DNA of 64,000 nt from NCBI GenBank assembly GCA_964412025.1, contig CAYPLY010000001.1:134922-198921 (forward strand), given 5' to 3'. The notes under the pieces are model-generated. The model saw only the letters and a list, made by a program, of their open reading frames with translations. It was not told the DNA's origin and made no database searches. Both the position numbers and the translations under genes were made by a program. Of this stretch, positions 26,180 to 34,911 are shown one piece after another (position 1 is the first letter of the stretch; each line of letters opens with the position of its first letter). This stretch comes from Candidatus Woesearchaeota archaeon. Its GTDB lineage: Archaea > Nanobdellota > Nanobdellia > Pacearchaeales > GW2011-AR1.

Positions 26180-27838
26180 CTAATTCTCGTTAGTTAGTCT
26201 GTTAAAAACTTCTTTCAATTCTAATTCAAGTATTGCAACAGGCATTTTTATCTTCCAATTTCTTAATATTTTAGGATGTATCTCCCCTATAATCCCTATT
26301 TCCTTTCCTTCAAAGATAATATTTGCCGTTCTTCCATCAATTAGATGTTGAGGAGAGTTCTCTGTTTCTTTTAGTTCTATCTTTAAATCTAGAGATTTAA
26401 ATAAATAATTCAATATTTGTTTAATTTCTGTGAAATTCCCTGGAGTAATTGCTATTGCTAACTTTTCTATTTCATTTATCTCTTTTTTGATATCAAAAGT
26501 TGTTCCTATTTCAAATATCTTTTGAGGGTATTCTGAGTCTATATTTTCAGATAAATTTTTGAGTAGTAAAGAGGAGATATCTTTTCTCAGAAGGTTATAC
26601 TCTGTTTTTGAATTTTCTAACTCAACAAATTCAGTTTCTTGTTTTTCTGGAATTCCCATTCTTTTAAACTGATATTCTTTGTTAGTTAGGTGATAATTGG
26701 ATACTTCAAGAATATTTAATCCCGTAATTATCTCAGATATTTTTCTTTTGAGTATTTCTTCTGCGTTTTCCTGTCCTATAGTAGATATACTTGGAATTTC
26801 TGGGATAAAGTTTTCGTATCCATAAGCTATTGCTATATCTTCTATTATATCAATTTCGTGCAGGATATCTACCCTCCAAGGACCTATCTCAACCTCTTTT
26901 GTCTTTTGGTTATAGTTATGCCCCATATTTTCTAAAAGTTGTTTTAATCTTTTTTCATCTATATTTATTCCCAGAGTCTTGTTCGTGTTCTCTAAAGATA
27001 TTTTTATCTTCTCTGATTCAAGCGATGGAGATATTTTTTCTGGTGCTCCCTTCATTTCCATCTGGTATATTTTTCCTCCCATGTCTGCAAATACAAGTAC
27101 AAGTATATTCAAACATTTTTTAAGAACTTTAAAGTCGAATCCGGAACATTCAATAAATAAGTTTTTGGTTTCATTGGTTACTTTTCCTGTTAATTGAGAA
27201 TTTATTATTGGAGGCATGCTTAATACATTGTTGTCCGAATCTAAGAATACAGGGAATTTGGATTTACCTGCCAATAAATGTGAATATTCTTTTCCTGTGG
27301 GATGTTTTTGCAAAATCTGTAATCCCGACATCTCCCTGTCATACTCAAGAGGGATGAATTTAATGTAATCTGGTTCTAGGGCTTTGAGAGTTATGGGTAG
27401 TTTTATCTTTTCAAGAGGGTAAATCCCTATAGCCACCTTCTTTCTTTTTCTTCCAAGGGTAATATGTAGTTTTTCTTGTATTTCGATTATCTCCTTTATT
27501 TTATCATTGTCTAATTTTAAATCTTTTATAATTGCACAGGCAGTGTATGGGCGAACCTCTTTTGAAGACGAGTCAATTGTAACCTTGTAATCTTTTTCGG
27601 GTTTGTTTAATTCATATTTCTTTATACCTGGTTTTTTTCCAATGAATGCTAGGAAACTTCTTTTAAAACCTTGATATGAAAGTAAATCTGGACGATTTGG
27701 AAAAACTTCTATCTCTATCTCCTCTTCATCAAATTTTTCAAGAGGGGTCCCAAACATAGATATTCTCTCTTGCATTTTTTCATCTAGCTTTCCTATTTCT
27801 TTTTCAAATAATTTTCTGCTGAAAGTTATGTTTGCCAT
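26180..27838 (-). CDS. pheT: Phenylalanine-tRNA ligase beta subunit
   Basis: PNRPDLLS, RPYTACA, IQEKLH, GRKRKKVAIG, SMPPIINS, DIIEDIAIAYGY. Confidence 0.95.
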   Translation of the reverse strand: MANITFSRKLFEKEIGKLDEKMQERISMFGTPLEKFDEEEIEIEVFPNRPDLLSYQGFKRSFLAFIGKKPGIKKYELNKPEKDYKVTIDSSSKEVRPYTACAIIKDLKLDNDKIKEIIEIQEKLHITLGRKRKKVAIGIYPLEKIKLPITLKALEPDYIKFIPLEYDREMSGLQILQKHPTGKEYSHLLAGKSKFPVFLDSDNNVLSMPPIINSQLTGKVTNETKNLFIECSGFDFKVLKKCLNILVLVFADMGGKIYQMEMKGAPEKISPSLESEKIKISLENTNKTLGINIDEKRLKQLLENMGHNYNQKTKEVEIGPWRVDILHEIDIIEDIAIAYGYENFIPEIPSISTIGQENAEEILKRKISEIITGLNILEVSNYHLTNKEYQFKRMGIPEKQETEFVELENSKTEYNLLRKDISSLLLKNLSENIDSEYPQKIFEIGTTFDIKKEINEIEKLAIAITPGNFTEIKQILNYLFKSLDLKIELKETENSPQHLIDGRTANIIFEGKEIGIIGEIHPKILRNWKIKMPVAILELELKEVFNRLTNEN

Positions 27839-27840
27839 TT

Positions 27841-28254
27841 TTATTGTTTAATTTTTTTAATTATCTCTTCAAAATTTAATTCTTTGTAATTACTTTTGGG
27901 CCAGGTATTTAATCCATCATCTTTGTATCTTGGGATTATGTGTATATGAAAATGAAAAACGGATTGTTGTGCTTCTTTTCCACTTGCATGCAAAATATTT
28001 ACTCCATCCGCATTTAATTTATTTTTTAATAATATAGATATTTTTTTACTTGTACTTATTATTCCTTTTAACTCTGATTCTCCTATATCAAATATATTCT
28101 CGGAATGTTTTTTTGGGATAATTAAGGTATGCCCTTTTGATATTGGATTTATGTCTAAAAATGCTATGACTTTTTTGTCTTCATATATCTTTTTTGAAGG
28201 TATTTCTTTGTTTACTATCTTACAAAATATACAATTTTCGTTTGCTTTTATCAT
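27841..28254 (-). CDS. HIT family hydrolase
   Basis: CIFCKI, AFLDINP, GHTLIIPKKH, HFHIHIIPR. Confidence 0.93.
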   Translation of the reverse strand: MIKANENCIFCKIVNKEIPSKKIYEDKKVIAFLDINPISKGHTLIIPKKHSENIFDIGESELKGIISTSKKISILLKNKLNADGVNILHASGKEAQQSVFHFHIHIIPRYKDDGLNTWPKSNYKELNFEEIIKKIKQ

Positions 28255-28255
28255 C

Positions 28256-29770
28256 TTATTGTTTCATCCAAAATTTAATTTTTCTTAATTGGGTAATATT
28301 ATTTTTATACAGCTCTCTTAAATCTTTTATATCATAGTAATCCATAATTATTCTGTCGAATCCCTGTCCCCATGCAAGTACAGGAGTATGTTCTCCCAAT
28401 AATGGGACTGTTATCTCTGGTCTGAACATTCCAGCTCCTCCTAATTCAATCCATTTCTTTTTTTCCGGGTGGAATACTTCAACTTCTACGGATGGTTCTG
28501 TATAAGGAAAATAACTTGGTCTAAATCTTATATCTTTAAATCCCATTTTTTTATAGAATTGCTTTAAATATCCTAAGAGATGCCTAAAATTTGCATTTTT
28601 GTCAATTACTATCCCCTCTGTCTGATAGAATTCAAATCCATGGGACCAGTCAACAGTTTCATTTCTAAAACATTTTCCTATTGCAAAGAATTTTGCAGGT
28701 ATTTCTTCTTTTTTTAAATTTGCAAGTGTTTTTGAAGAGAGGCAGGTTGTATGTGTTCTTAGCACAATTTTTTTTGCTTCTTCTTCATCCCATAAATATT
28801 GCCAACCTTTACTTCCTGAAATTCCTTTTTCATGTGTTTCTTTTACTTTTGAAACGATTTTCTTATCAGGTAAATCCATTTTCTTATTTATAAAAAATGT
28901 GTCTTGCATCTCTCTTACTGGATGATCCTGTGCTGTGAATAATGCGTCAAATGTCCAGAAAGAACTCTGAACTATATTTCCTTTCATCTCTTTGAATCCC
29001 ATCTCTGTCCATATTTTTCTTGCATAATCAATAGATTGGTTTACAAAATGCCTTTTCCCTCCAATTATATCTGGAACCGGAGAGGTTATATCATATCTCC
29101 TAAACTTTTTACCTTTCCAGTTTGATTCTTTTTTTAAAATATCAGGGGTTATTTGTTCTATCAAATCTTGTGTGTTTAATTTTGATCTTATTATATCTTT
29201 TCCTAATTCTGTTATCTCAATATCTATTTTTTTATCTTCCTTTATTTCTATTATTTGTTTTCTTCCCTGCAAAATTTTTAATGCTAGCTGGTGTTCTGGA
29301 GCTAGAGAATTATAATCTGCTGGAAGAAGTTCCAAAAACTGTTCTTCAAGGGTTTTTTTTGATATTTCTGCTTTACTTGCATTAAGTATTATTTTTCCGT
29401 TTTTTAATTCTATAAGGGCTTTCTTTTTTAAAGCTCCAATAGATGCTTTGAATTCATCATCGGATAATGCGCTTTCTTTTTGTGCTTCCTGTAAAGAAAG
29501 AATATGCTTTTCATTTAATATGTTTAAAAGCCTTCTTTCAGGTAATCCTTTTTTTAGATAAAGAGCTCCATTGATATTGAGTTCAACTATTTTGCTCTTG
29601 ATGTAAGAGAGTTTCACTATTCCTTTATTTTGAAGGTATTCCAATGAACGGATTACAGAGGTATTATCTAGATTTGATTTTTTACATATATCAGATATTT
29701 TATCTCCTAAATGGGGCAAAATTCTTTTTTCATTGGGGCTTAAAGATTCTATTATTTTTTGGTTGTTCAT
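28256..29770 (-). CDS. pheS: Phenylalanine-tRNA ligase alpha subunit
   Basis: QDHPVREMQDTF, LRTHTT, FRNE, FYQTEG, YFPYTEPS, ELGGAGMFRPE. Confidence 0.96.
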   Translation of the reverse strand: MNNQKIIESLSPNEKRILPHLGDKISDICKKSNLDNTSVIRSLEYLQNKGIVKLSYIKSKIVELNINGALYLKKGLPERRLLNILNEKHILSLQEAQKESALSDDEFKASIGALKKKALIELKNGKIILNASKAEISKKTLEEQFLELLPADYNSLAPEHQLALKILQGRKQIIEIKEDKKIDIEITELGKDIIRSKLNTQDLIEQITPDILKKESNWKGKKFRRYDITSPVPDIIGGKRHFVNQSIDYARKIWTEMGFKEMKGNIVQSSFWTFDALFTAQDHPVREMQDTFFINKKMDLPDKKIVSKVKETHEKGISGSKGWQYLWDEEEAKKIVLRTHTTCLSSKTLANLKKEEIPAKFFAIGKCFRNETVDWSHGFEFYQTEGIVIDKNANFRHLLGYLKQFYKKMGFKDIRFRPSYFPYTEPSVEVEVFHPEKKKWIELGGAGMFRPEITVPLLGEHTPVLAWGQGFDRIIMDYYDIKDLRELYKNNITQLRKIKFWMKQ

Positions 29771-29798
29771 TTTAATAGTTTTATTATATGAAATGTCT

Positions 29799-30257
29799 TT
29801 AAAATTCTTTTGTCATCCAAGTAGGCATTCCTAGAACCAGTCCAAGAGATTTTAAATCATAAATTTCTCTTTTGTTTTTTTCTTTCTGTGGGATAAATCT
29901 CATTTTTATCCTATCTTTATTACATAATTTTATATTTTGTTTGATTCTTGCTAACATTTCTGCTTTTTTCTTAAAATCTTTTTCTTCAATAATCTCATCA
30001 AGGTTTATGCCAAGAGAAATATTGTTTTTTCTTAACACCTTTGCCATGACTTGGTTGAATCCAGAATTTCTTTGCTTTTGGAAGTCCTTTCTTTGATTCA
30101 GACTTATTAAAAGGAGATTTATTGGGAGTTTTTCTGCAACTTTTCTGTTTAGTTCATCATCTTCTGAAGTGAAGATTATCTCTTTTTTATCTTCTTTGGC
30201 TTTTTTAATTTCATTTTTTAATTTGCTAAAATCTTTTTCTTTTAAGATAGTTTTCAT
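29799..30257 (-). CDS. rnp3: RNase P protein component 3 (Rpp30-like), short form
   Basis: LNRKVAE, RNSGFNQVMAK...NNISLGIN pattern. Confidence 0.75.
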   Translation of the reverse strand: MKTILKEKDFSKLKNEIKKAKEDKKEIIFTSEDDELNRKVAEKLPINLLLISLNQRKDFQKQRNSGFNQVMAKVLRKNNISLGINLDEIIEEKDFKKKAEMLARIKQNIKLCNKDRIKMRFIPQKEKNKREIYDLKSLGLVLGMPTWMTKEF

Positions 30258-30787
30258 TTTTGTTTTTTTAATGCCTTTTCAATATCTGAAAAAACTTCTT
30301 TTATTGTTTGGTTTCCGTTTATTTTTATAAGTTTATTTTTAAAATGTTTAATTATTTTTGGAGAGTGTTGATAAAATAGTTTTAAACGGGTTTCTAGTGC
30401 TTTCTCCCCATCATCCGTTCTCTTTTCTAGCTTTCGTCTTTTTGCTATTCTTTTATAGACTTCTTTTTTTGAAAGTGTTAGAAGAATAACTTTCTCTAAA
30501 TTTATACTGTCTGCTATTTTGAGTTGTTTTTCATCTCTCGGGAACCCATCTATTATAAAATTATCTTTTGGAGTATTTGTTAGAATTACTTTATTAACTA
30601 TTGAATTTGGAGCCATCAATCCTTTATCAAGATATTTTGCAAGAATTTTACTTTGCTTATTTTTCTTTTTTATTTCTTTTCTTAATATTTCTCCAACAGT
30701 TATTCTTTTGAGTTTGAATTTTCTTTCAATAAGTTTTGCTTGAGTTCCTTTTCCACTTCCCTGTATTCCAATTATTGCTAATCTCAT
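30254..30787 (-). CDS. adk: Adenylate kinase family NMP kinase
   Basis: GIQGSGKGTQA, GEILR, IIDGFPR, RTDD. Confidence 0.9.
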   Translation of the reverse strand: MRLAIIGIQGSGKGTQAKLIERKFKLKRITVGEILRKEIKKKNKQSKILAKYLDKGLMAPNSIVNKVILTNTPKDNFIIDGFPRDEKQLKIADSINLEKVILLTLSKKEVYKRIAKRRKLEKRTDDGEKALETRLKLFYQHSPKIIKHFKNKLIKINGNQTIKEVFSDIEKALKKQK

Positions 30788-30824
30788 GTTATATCTTTTA
30801 ATGATAAGAGCTTTTTATTTGTTT

Positions 30825-31106
30825 TTACTTAACAGTAAACAGCTTGTCATCTTTTACATCAAATACATCTAGTCTTACACCAGAATCAATCCAACCATGT
30901 GCATAATTGAGTGCTGCAAAGCAGTTCACGTAATCTTCTTGTTTTTTGAAATGTTTTGCATCTGAGAGGTAATTTTCAACCATTTCAATTATCTCTTTTG
31001 CATTGTTTTCTTTTCCTTTTAGGATATTCTTTTTAACTTCCTTTAGTGCCTTTTCTGTCAAATTGAAGTATTTTTCTATTTTTTCAAGAGTTATTACATT
31101 TTGCAT
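30825..31106 (-). CDS. DUF357 family protein
   Basis: YLSDAKHF...DYVNCFAALNYAHGWIDSG. Confidence 0.85.
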   Translation of the reverse strand: MQNVITLEKIEKYFNLTEKALKEVKKNILKGKENNAKEIIEMVENYLSDAKHFKKQEDYVNCFAALNYAHGWIDSGVRLDVFDVKDDKLFTVK

Positions 31107-31188
31107 TTTATTTATATTTCTTCAGGGTTTTTTTGTTTTTAAATTCTGGCATCATAATGTTTAAATATCTTTAATCAGTTATGTTTTT

Positions 31189-31896
31189 ATGAGAAAGGGG
31201 AGAAAAACAATTTATTTTGTGTTAGCTTTTGTGTTTGTGCTAATATTAGCTTCAAGCGTATTTGCCCAATCTCTTGGGTTATCTGGAAAAGCTAAAGAGG
31301 TTGTTGATGAGATTGTAGAGAGTCAAGGAATAGATAAAGAAAAAATTAAATCTGTTGAAAAAGTTGATTTAGATAGTCTTCCTGAACAGGTTGATTTAAA
31401 GAATATTGATACAACTAATCTTGCTATTTATGAAGTTGATTATGGAGGAGAATCTCCTGTTTTTGTTGTTACGGCTTCTGATGAGTTGTTAGAGGCTTCA
31501 ACAGAAGTTGTTCAGATTTATAAGATGTTATTAAATTTCGGGTTGAGTGGAGAATCTAGAGGTTCTGTTTTCCTCAACAGTGCCACAGGAGTTGAAGGAA
31601 GTATTGATAGCGGGTATGTTATGATGAGAGAGGGAAGTTTAACTGGTCTTTCTACTAATTTGAATGTTATTAGTGGAGAAGGGAGTGTGGAGGTTGTTGT
31701 GTATGTAAATAAACAACCTGTAGGATTTAGGAATACTTTTATTGTTGATTCTAATGGTGTGAAGAAGGATTATGATACACAATCTCTTGGGGTTGTTAAG
31801 TTTGAGAAAGGGGATGTTATATCTGCTTATTTGAATATTGAAGGAAATATAATTGTTGAGGATGTTATTAATCTTATTGAGATTTCTACAGAGTAA
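31189..31896 (+). CDS. Secreted/surface hypothetical protein
   Basis: N-terminal signal peptide followed by a beta-rich domain. Confidence 0.7.
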   Translation: MRKGRKTIYFVLAFVFVLILASSVFAQSLGLSGKAKEVVDEIVESQGIDKEKIKSVEKVDLDSLPEQVDLKNIDTTNLAIYEVDYGGESPVFVVTASDELLEASTEVVQIYKMLLNFGLSGESRGSVFLNSATGVEGSIDSGYVMMREGSLTGLSTNLNVISGEGSVEVVVYVNKQPVGFRNTFIVDSNGVKKDYDTQSLGVVKFEKGDVISAYLNIEGNIIVEDVINLIEISTE

Positions 31897-31965
31897 TTTT
31901 ATTTGAGTATGTTGTCTCAAAAAACTTTAAATAATATCTTTCTTTTAGTTTGGGGTATATAAAAG

Positions 31966-33483
31966 ATGGCGTACAAAAAATACATTAAAAGGAACGGAAA
32001 ACTTTATGGTCCATATTTATATGAGAGTAAAAGAGTTGACGGAAGAGTAGTTTCTGAATATCACGGAAGTGAGGAGCCAAAAAAAAGCAAAGGAGTGCAG
32101 GTTAGAGATTATAGAAAAACATTATTTATTTTTTTAGGAGTTTTCATCTTTGTAGGACTTATTTATTTTCTTGTAACGGTTCCAAACTACAATGGTTTTT
32201 CAGGAAAGGCAGTTTTAGATATAGAGTCTTTTTATGTTGACGGAGAGCCTCTTGAGGGTATTTTGAAGTTTTCTTTTAAGGAAGGAGAGTTCATCCCTGC
32301 TTCTTCTAAAGTAATTTTTGAAGGTTCTAACGAGAATTACTCATTTATCTTGAGTGATATCTTGAAAGAAGATTCTTTAGAAGGAAATTATTATGTCGAG
32401 GGAAAATCTTTTAGTGGAGAGGGATTGGGTTATGGAAAGGAGGGTGAAGTTAAGGTTTATCCAGAGGTTAGTTTTATTCTTCAGATTTATAAGGAATTAC
32501 CGGAAGAGGAGAATTTGGAGGAAGAGAATACCGAATTAATTGAAGATGATACAAATGTTAATCTTGATGAGGTAAATCAGGATGAGACAACTGAGGAAGA
32601 TACTTCAGTTCCAATAACCGGAGGGGTTATTAAGAATTCTGGAGGATTCTTAACTTCTTTATTCAATCCTACAGGGATGGTTTCTCTTGAACTTCAGGAT
32701 GAGATTCAGGGGGAGACATCTGCGAATGAATCATTTACTTATCTTTTAAATGAAGGGGAGAGGGTTGAGATAAAGCCCAAGAGCGTTTTTGTTGGGGATG
32801 AAGAGGTTAGTGATAATACTATCACTTTGGAAATTTTAGATGGAGAGGCAATTATAACTACAGATTACTCTGTTGTAAAAAAGGGTTATGGAGAGGAATA
32901 TCTTGGAGATAAAGATAAGGTATTTTCATTAGACCTATCAGATTTAAATTTAACATTTAAAGAAGGAGATTTAAATGTTAAATTGGTTTATGAAGAGGAA
33001 GAGATGATTCATTTGTCTACCTCTCTTAAGGAGGGGGAAGATGCTCTAGAAGAGATAATTGATGAAGAAACCGATGAAGAATCAGATATTGTTGAGGATA
33101 TTGTTGAGATCCCTAAAGAGTTGGAATCTCCAGAAGATATTGTTTTAGAAAACGAAACTGTTGATGAAATTACAAACTCTTCTGTGTGGGATATTGGAAG
33201 TTTCCTAACTTCTGAAGAGAGGGCAATTCTTAAATCAAATTTTGGAGAAATTGAACTTAAAACAGTTAAGTCAGAGTTATTTAAGGATAGGATTATTGTA
33301 GCATATGATTTTGGAGGATATAATGTGGAATACTCTTATGATTCCTCTACCGATAAAGATGTTTTAGATATTTATATGGAGAAGGATAGAATAAAATTCT
33401 TAAAAGATATAGCCGCTTCCGTTTCCAAAGAAGAAACTTCTTCTACCAAATTAGAAATACTTAATGAGAGTTATCTTCCCTGA
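31966..33483 (+). CDS. Membrane-anchored acidic surface protein with N-terminal cytoplasmic KRNGKLYGPY motif
   Basis: Basic N-terminal domain, one TM helix, long Glu/Asp-rich extracellular part. Confidence 0.75.
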   Translation: MAYKKYIKRNGKLYGPYLYESKRVDGRVVSEYHGSEEPKKSKGVQVRDYRKTLFIFLGVFIFVGLIYFLVTVPNYNGFSGKAVLDIESFYVDGEPLEGILKFSFKEGEFIPASSKVIFEGSNENYSFILSDILKEDSLEGNYYVEGKSFSGEGLGYGKEGEVKVYPEVSFILQIYKELPEEENLEEENTELIEDDTNVNLDEVNQDETTEEDTSVPITGGVIKNSGGFLTSLFNPTGMVSLELQDEIQGETSANESFTYLLNEGERVEIKPKSVFVGDEEVSDNTITLEILDGEAIITTDYSVVKKGYGEEYLGDKDKVFSLDLSDLNLTFKEGDLNVKLVYEEEEMIHLSTSLKEGEDALEEIIDEETDEESDIVEDIVEIPKELESPEDIVLENETVDEITNSSVWDIGSFLTSEERAILKSNFGEIELKTVKSELFKDRIIVAYDFGGYNVEYSYDSSTDKDVLDIYMEKDRIKFLKDIAASVSKEETSSTKLEILNESYLP

Positions 33484-34313
33484 TTCATTTGTTCTTCATG
33501 AGTCATTTTTTTTATTACAAATTTAGATCCAACTACTTCAGATATTATAGCTAATAATATTAATCTTCCTGCAACAACTTTGAATACTCCCTCTTGAACA
33601 GGTATTCTTGTTTCTCTGGAGAATCTATCTATTGTATCATTTACTTCTTCTTTTGTTAATATTATTGGGGTTTTTTTGATTCCCATCCTTCCTTTTACAA
33701 CGATGTTTTCTTCCGGACCATAACATTCTATAGCATTAACCATAGGATCGTTTATTAATGGATTTAGTTTTGCTAAGTCTATATCTTTATTTGTAGGGGT
33801 AGGTTTCAGGTATTGTATATGTTCCGGTAACTGCGAATCATATACCCAAAATCCTAGTTTTTTGAATGGATCTGGTTGATATTCCCCTCTTTGAGGAACT
33901 CTTTGGGTGATGTTTTGCTGGATTATTGGGGTTCTTGTAATTATTGGACTTATCTTTTTTGGTTGTGTTTTTGATTGTTCTTTTTTTATAAAATCTTTGA
34001 ATAGGTTGCTTTCAGGTATAGCCTGTGATTCGAACATCCCTATTGAAGGTCGCATTATTGAACGTATTCTTTCTTCTTTTTCTTCTTCATATCTAGAGGA
34101 TATATTCTCTTCTCTAATTCTTATCTTTTGTTTTATTCTTTCTTTTTTGTCTTCCTCTTGAACTACATTTTCCTTTTCTACTATTGTTTGGAGTTTTGAT
34201 ATATCCGCTGAAGAAGAATTTTTTATTAATTGCCTCGTGAATTCTAGTAAAAATATCTTCTTGAACTTTATAAAATTCGGTTCTTCTTTTAGAGATTTTA
34301 AATTACTGTTCAT
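33471..34313 (-). CDS. Protein with C-terminal domain resembling the N2 region of VirB11/TadA/FlaI ATPases, no ATPase domain
   Basis: LAKLNPLINDPMVNAIECYGP...SKFVIKK; no Walker A; ATG 34313 preferred (overlaps the upstream stop). Confidence 0.6.
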   Translation of the reverse strand: MNSNLKSLKEEPNFIKFKKIFLLEFTRQLIKNSSSADISKLQTIVEKENVVQEEDKKERIKQKIRIREENISSRYEEEKEERIRSIMRPSIGMFESQAIPESNLFKDFIKKEQSKTQPKKISPIITRTPIIQQNITQRVPQRGEYQPDPFKKLGFWVYDSQLPEHIQYLKPTPTNKDIDLAKLNPLINDPMVNAIECYGPEENIVVKGRMGIKKTPIILTKEEVNDTIDRFSRETRIPVQEGVFKVVAGRLILLAIISEVVGSKFVIKKMTHEEQMNQGR

Positions 34314-34869
34314 TTGAAGAGATGGGCCTATGAAATTCTTCAGTTGAATTTCCGCCCAGAGAAATTCTTTGAGGGGGTCTAAATATCTTTTGTTGCGGTG
34401 GTTGTGGTACTCTTGGTATTTGCTGTTGAGGAATATATGGATTTTGGGGTTCATTTATTTTATCGTGCATCAAAGTAAGTCCTCTTGCAATGGTTTTGTT
34501 TTGTTCTAGAACATTTTCTATCTTTTCAAGAATCTTTGCGTTCTCTCTTGTGTTTTTTTCAGCATCAAAATCTTTTTCAGCAAGAGTTTTTGCAGATATC
34601 TCAAATAGGTCAAGTAACTTTGCAATTTGTCCTGCAAGGTCATCAAATCTGGTTGACAGATTTACCATAACTTTTTGTAGAGATACAAAATTATCTACTA
34701 AGATATCTTCTACCTCTTTGTTTCTGTGAGCATGTATTACTTTTTTTCTAGCTCTTTTTTTTCTAGGAGGTTTTTCACTTGTTGTTTCTTTGATAATTGT
34801 CTTCTTCGGAGATTTATCACTGATTACTTCACGAATAATTGTTTTTTTCTCCACACTCTTTTTTGTCAT
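34303..34869 (-). CDS. Hypothetical coiled-coil protein
   Basis: Heptad region LVDNFVSLQKVMVNLSTRFDDL...; Pro/Gln-rich tail. Confidence 0.7.
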   Translation of the reverse strand: MTKKSVEKKTIIREVISDKSPKKTIIKETTSEKPPRKKRARKKVIHAHRNKEVEDILVDNFVSLQKVMVNLSTRFDDLAGQIAKLLDLFEISAKTLAEKDFDAEKNTRENAKILEKIENVLEQNKTIARGLTLMHDKINEPQNPYIPQQQIPRVPQPPQQKIFRPPQRISLGGNSTEEFHRPISSNEQ

Positions 34870-34911
34870 GTTTTATACAGGAATTAAATATTTATAAATA
34901 TTTATAATGCT

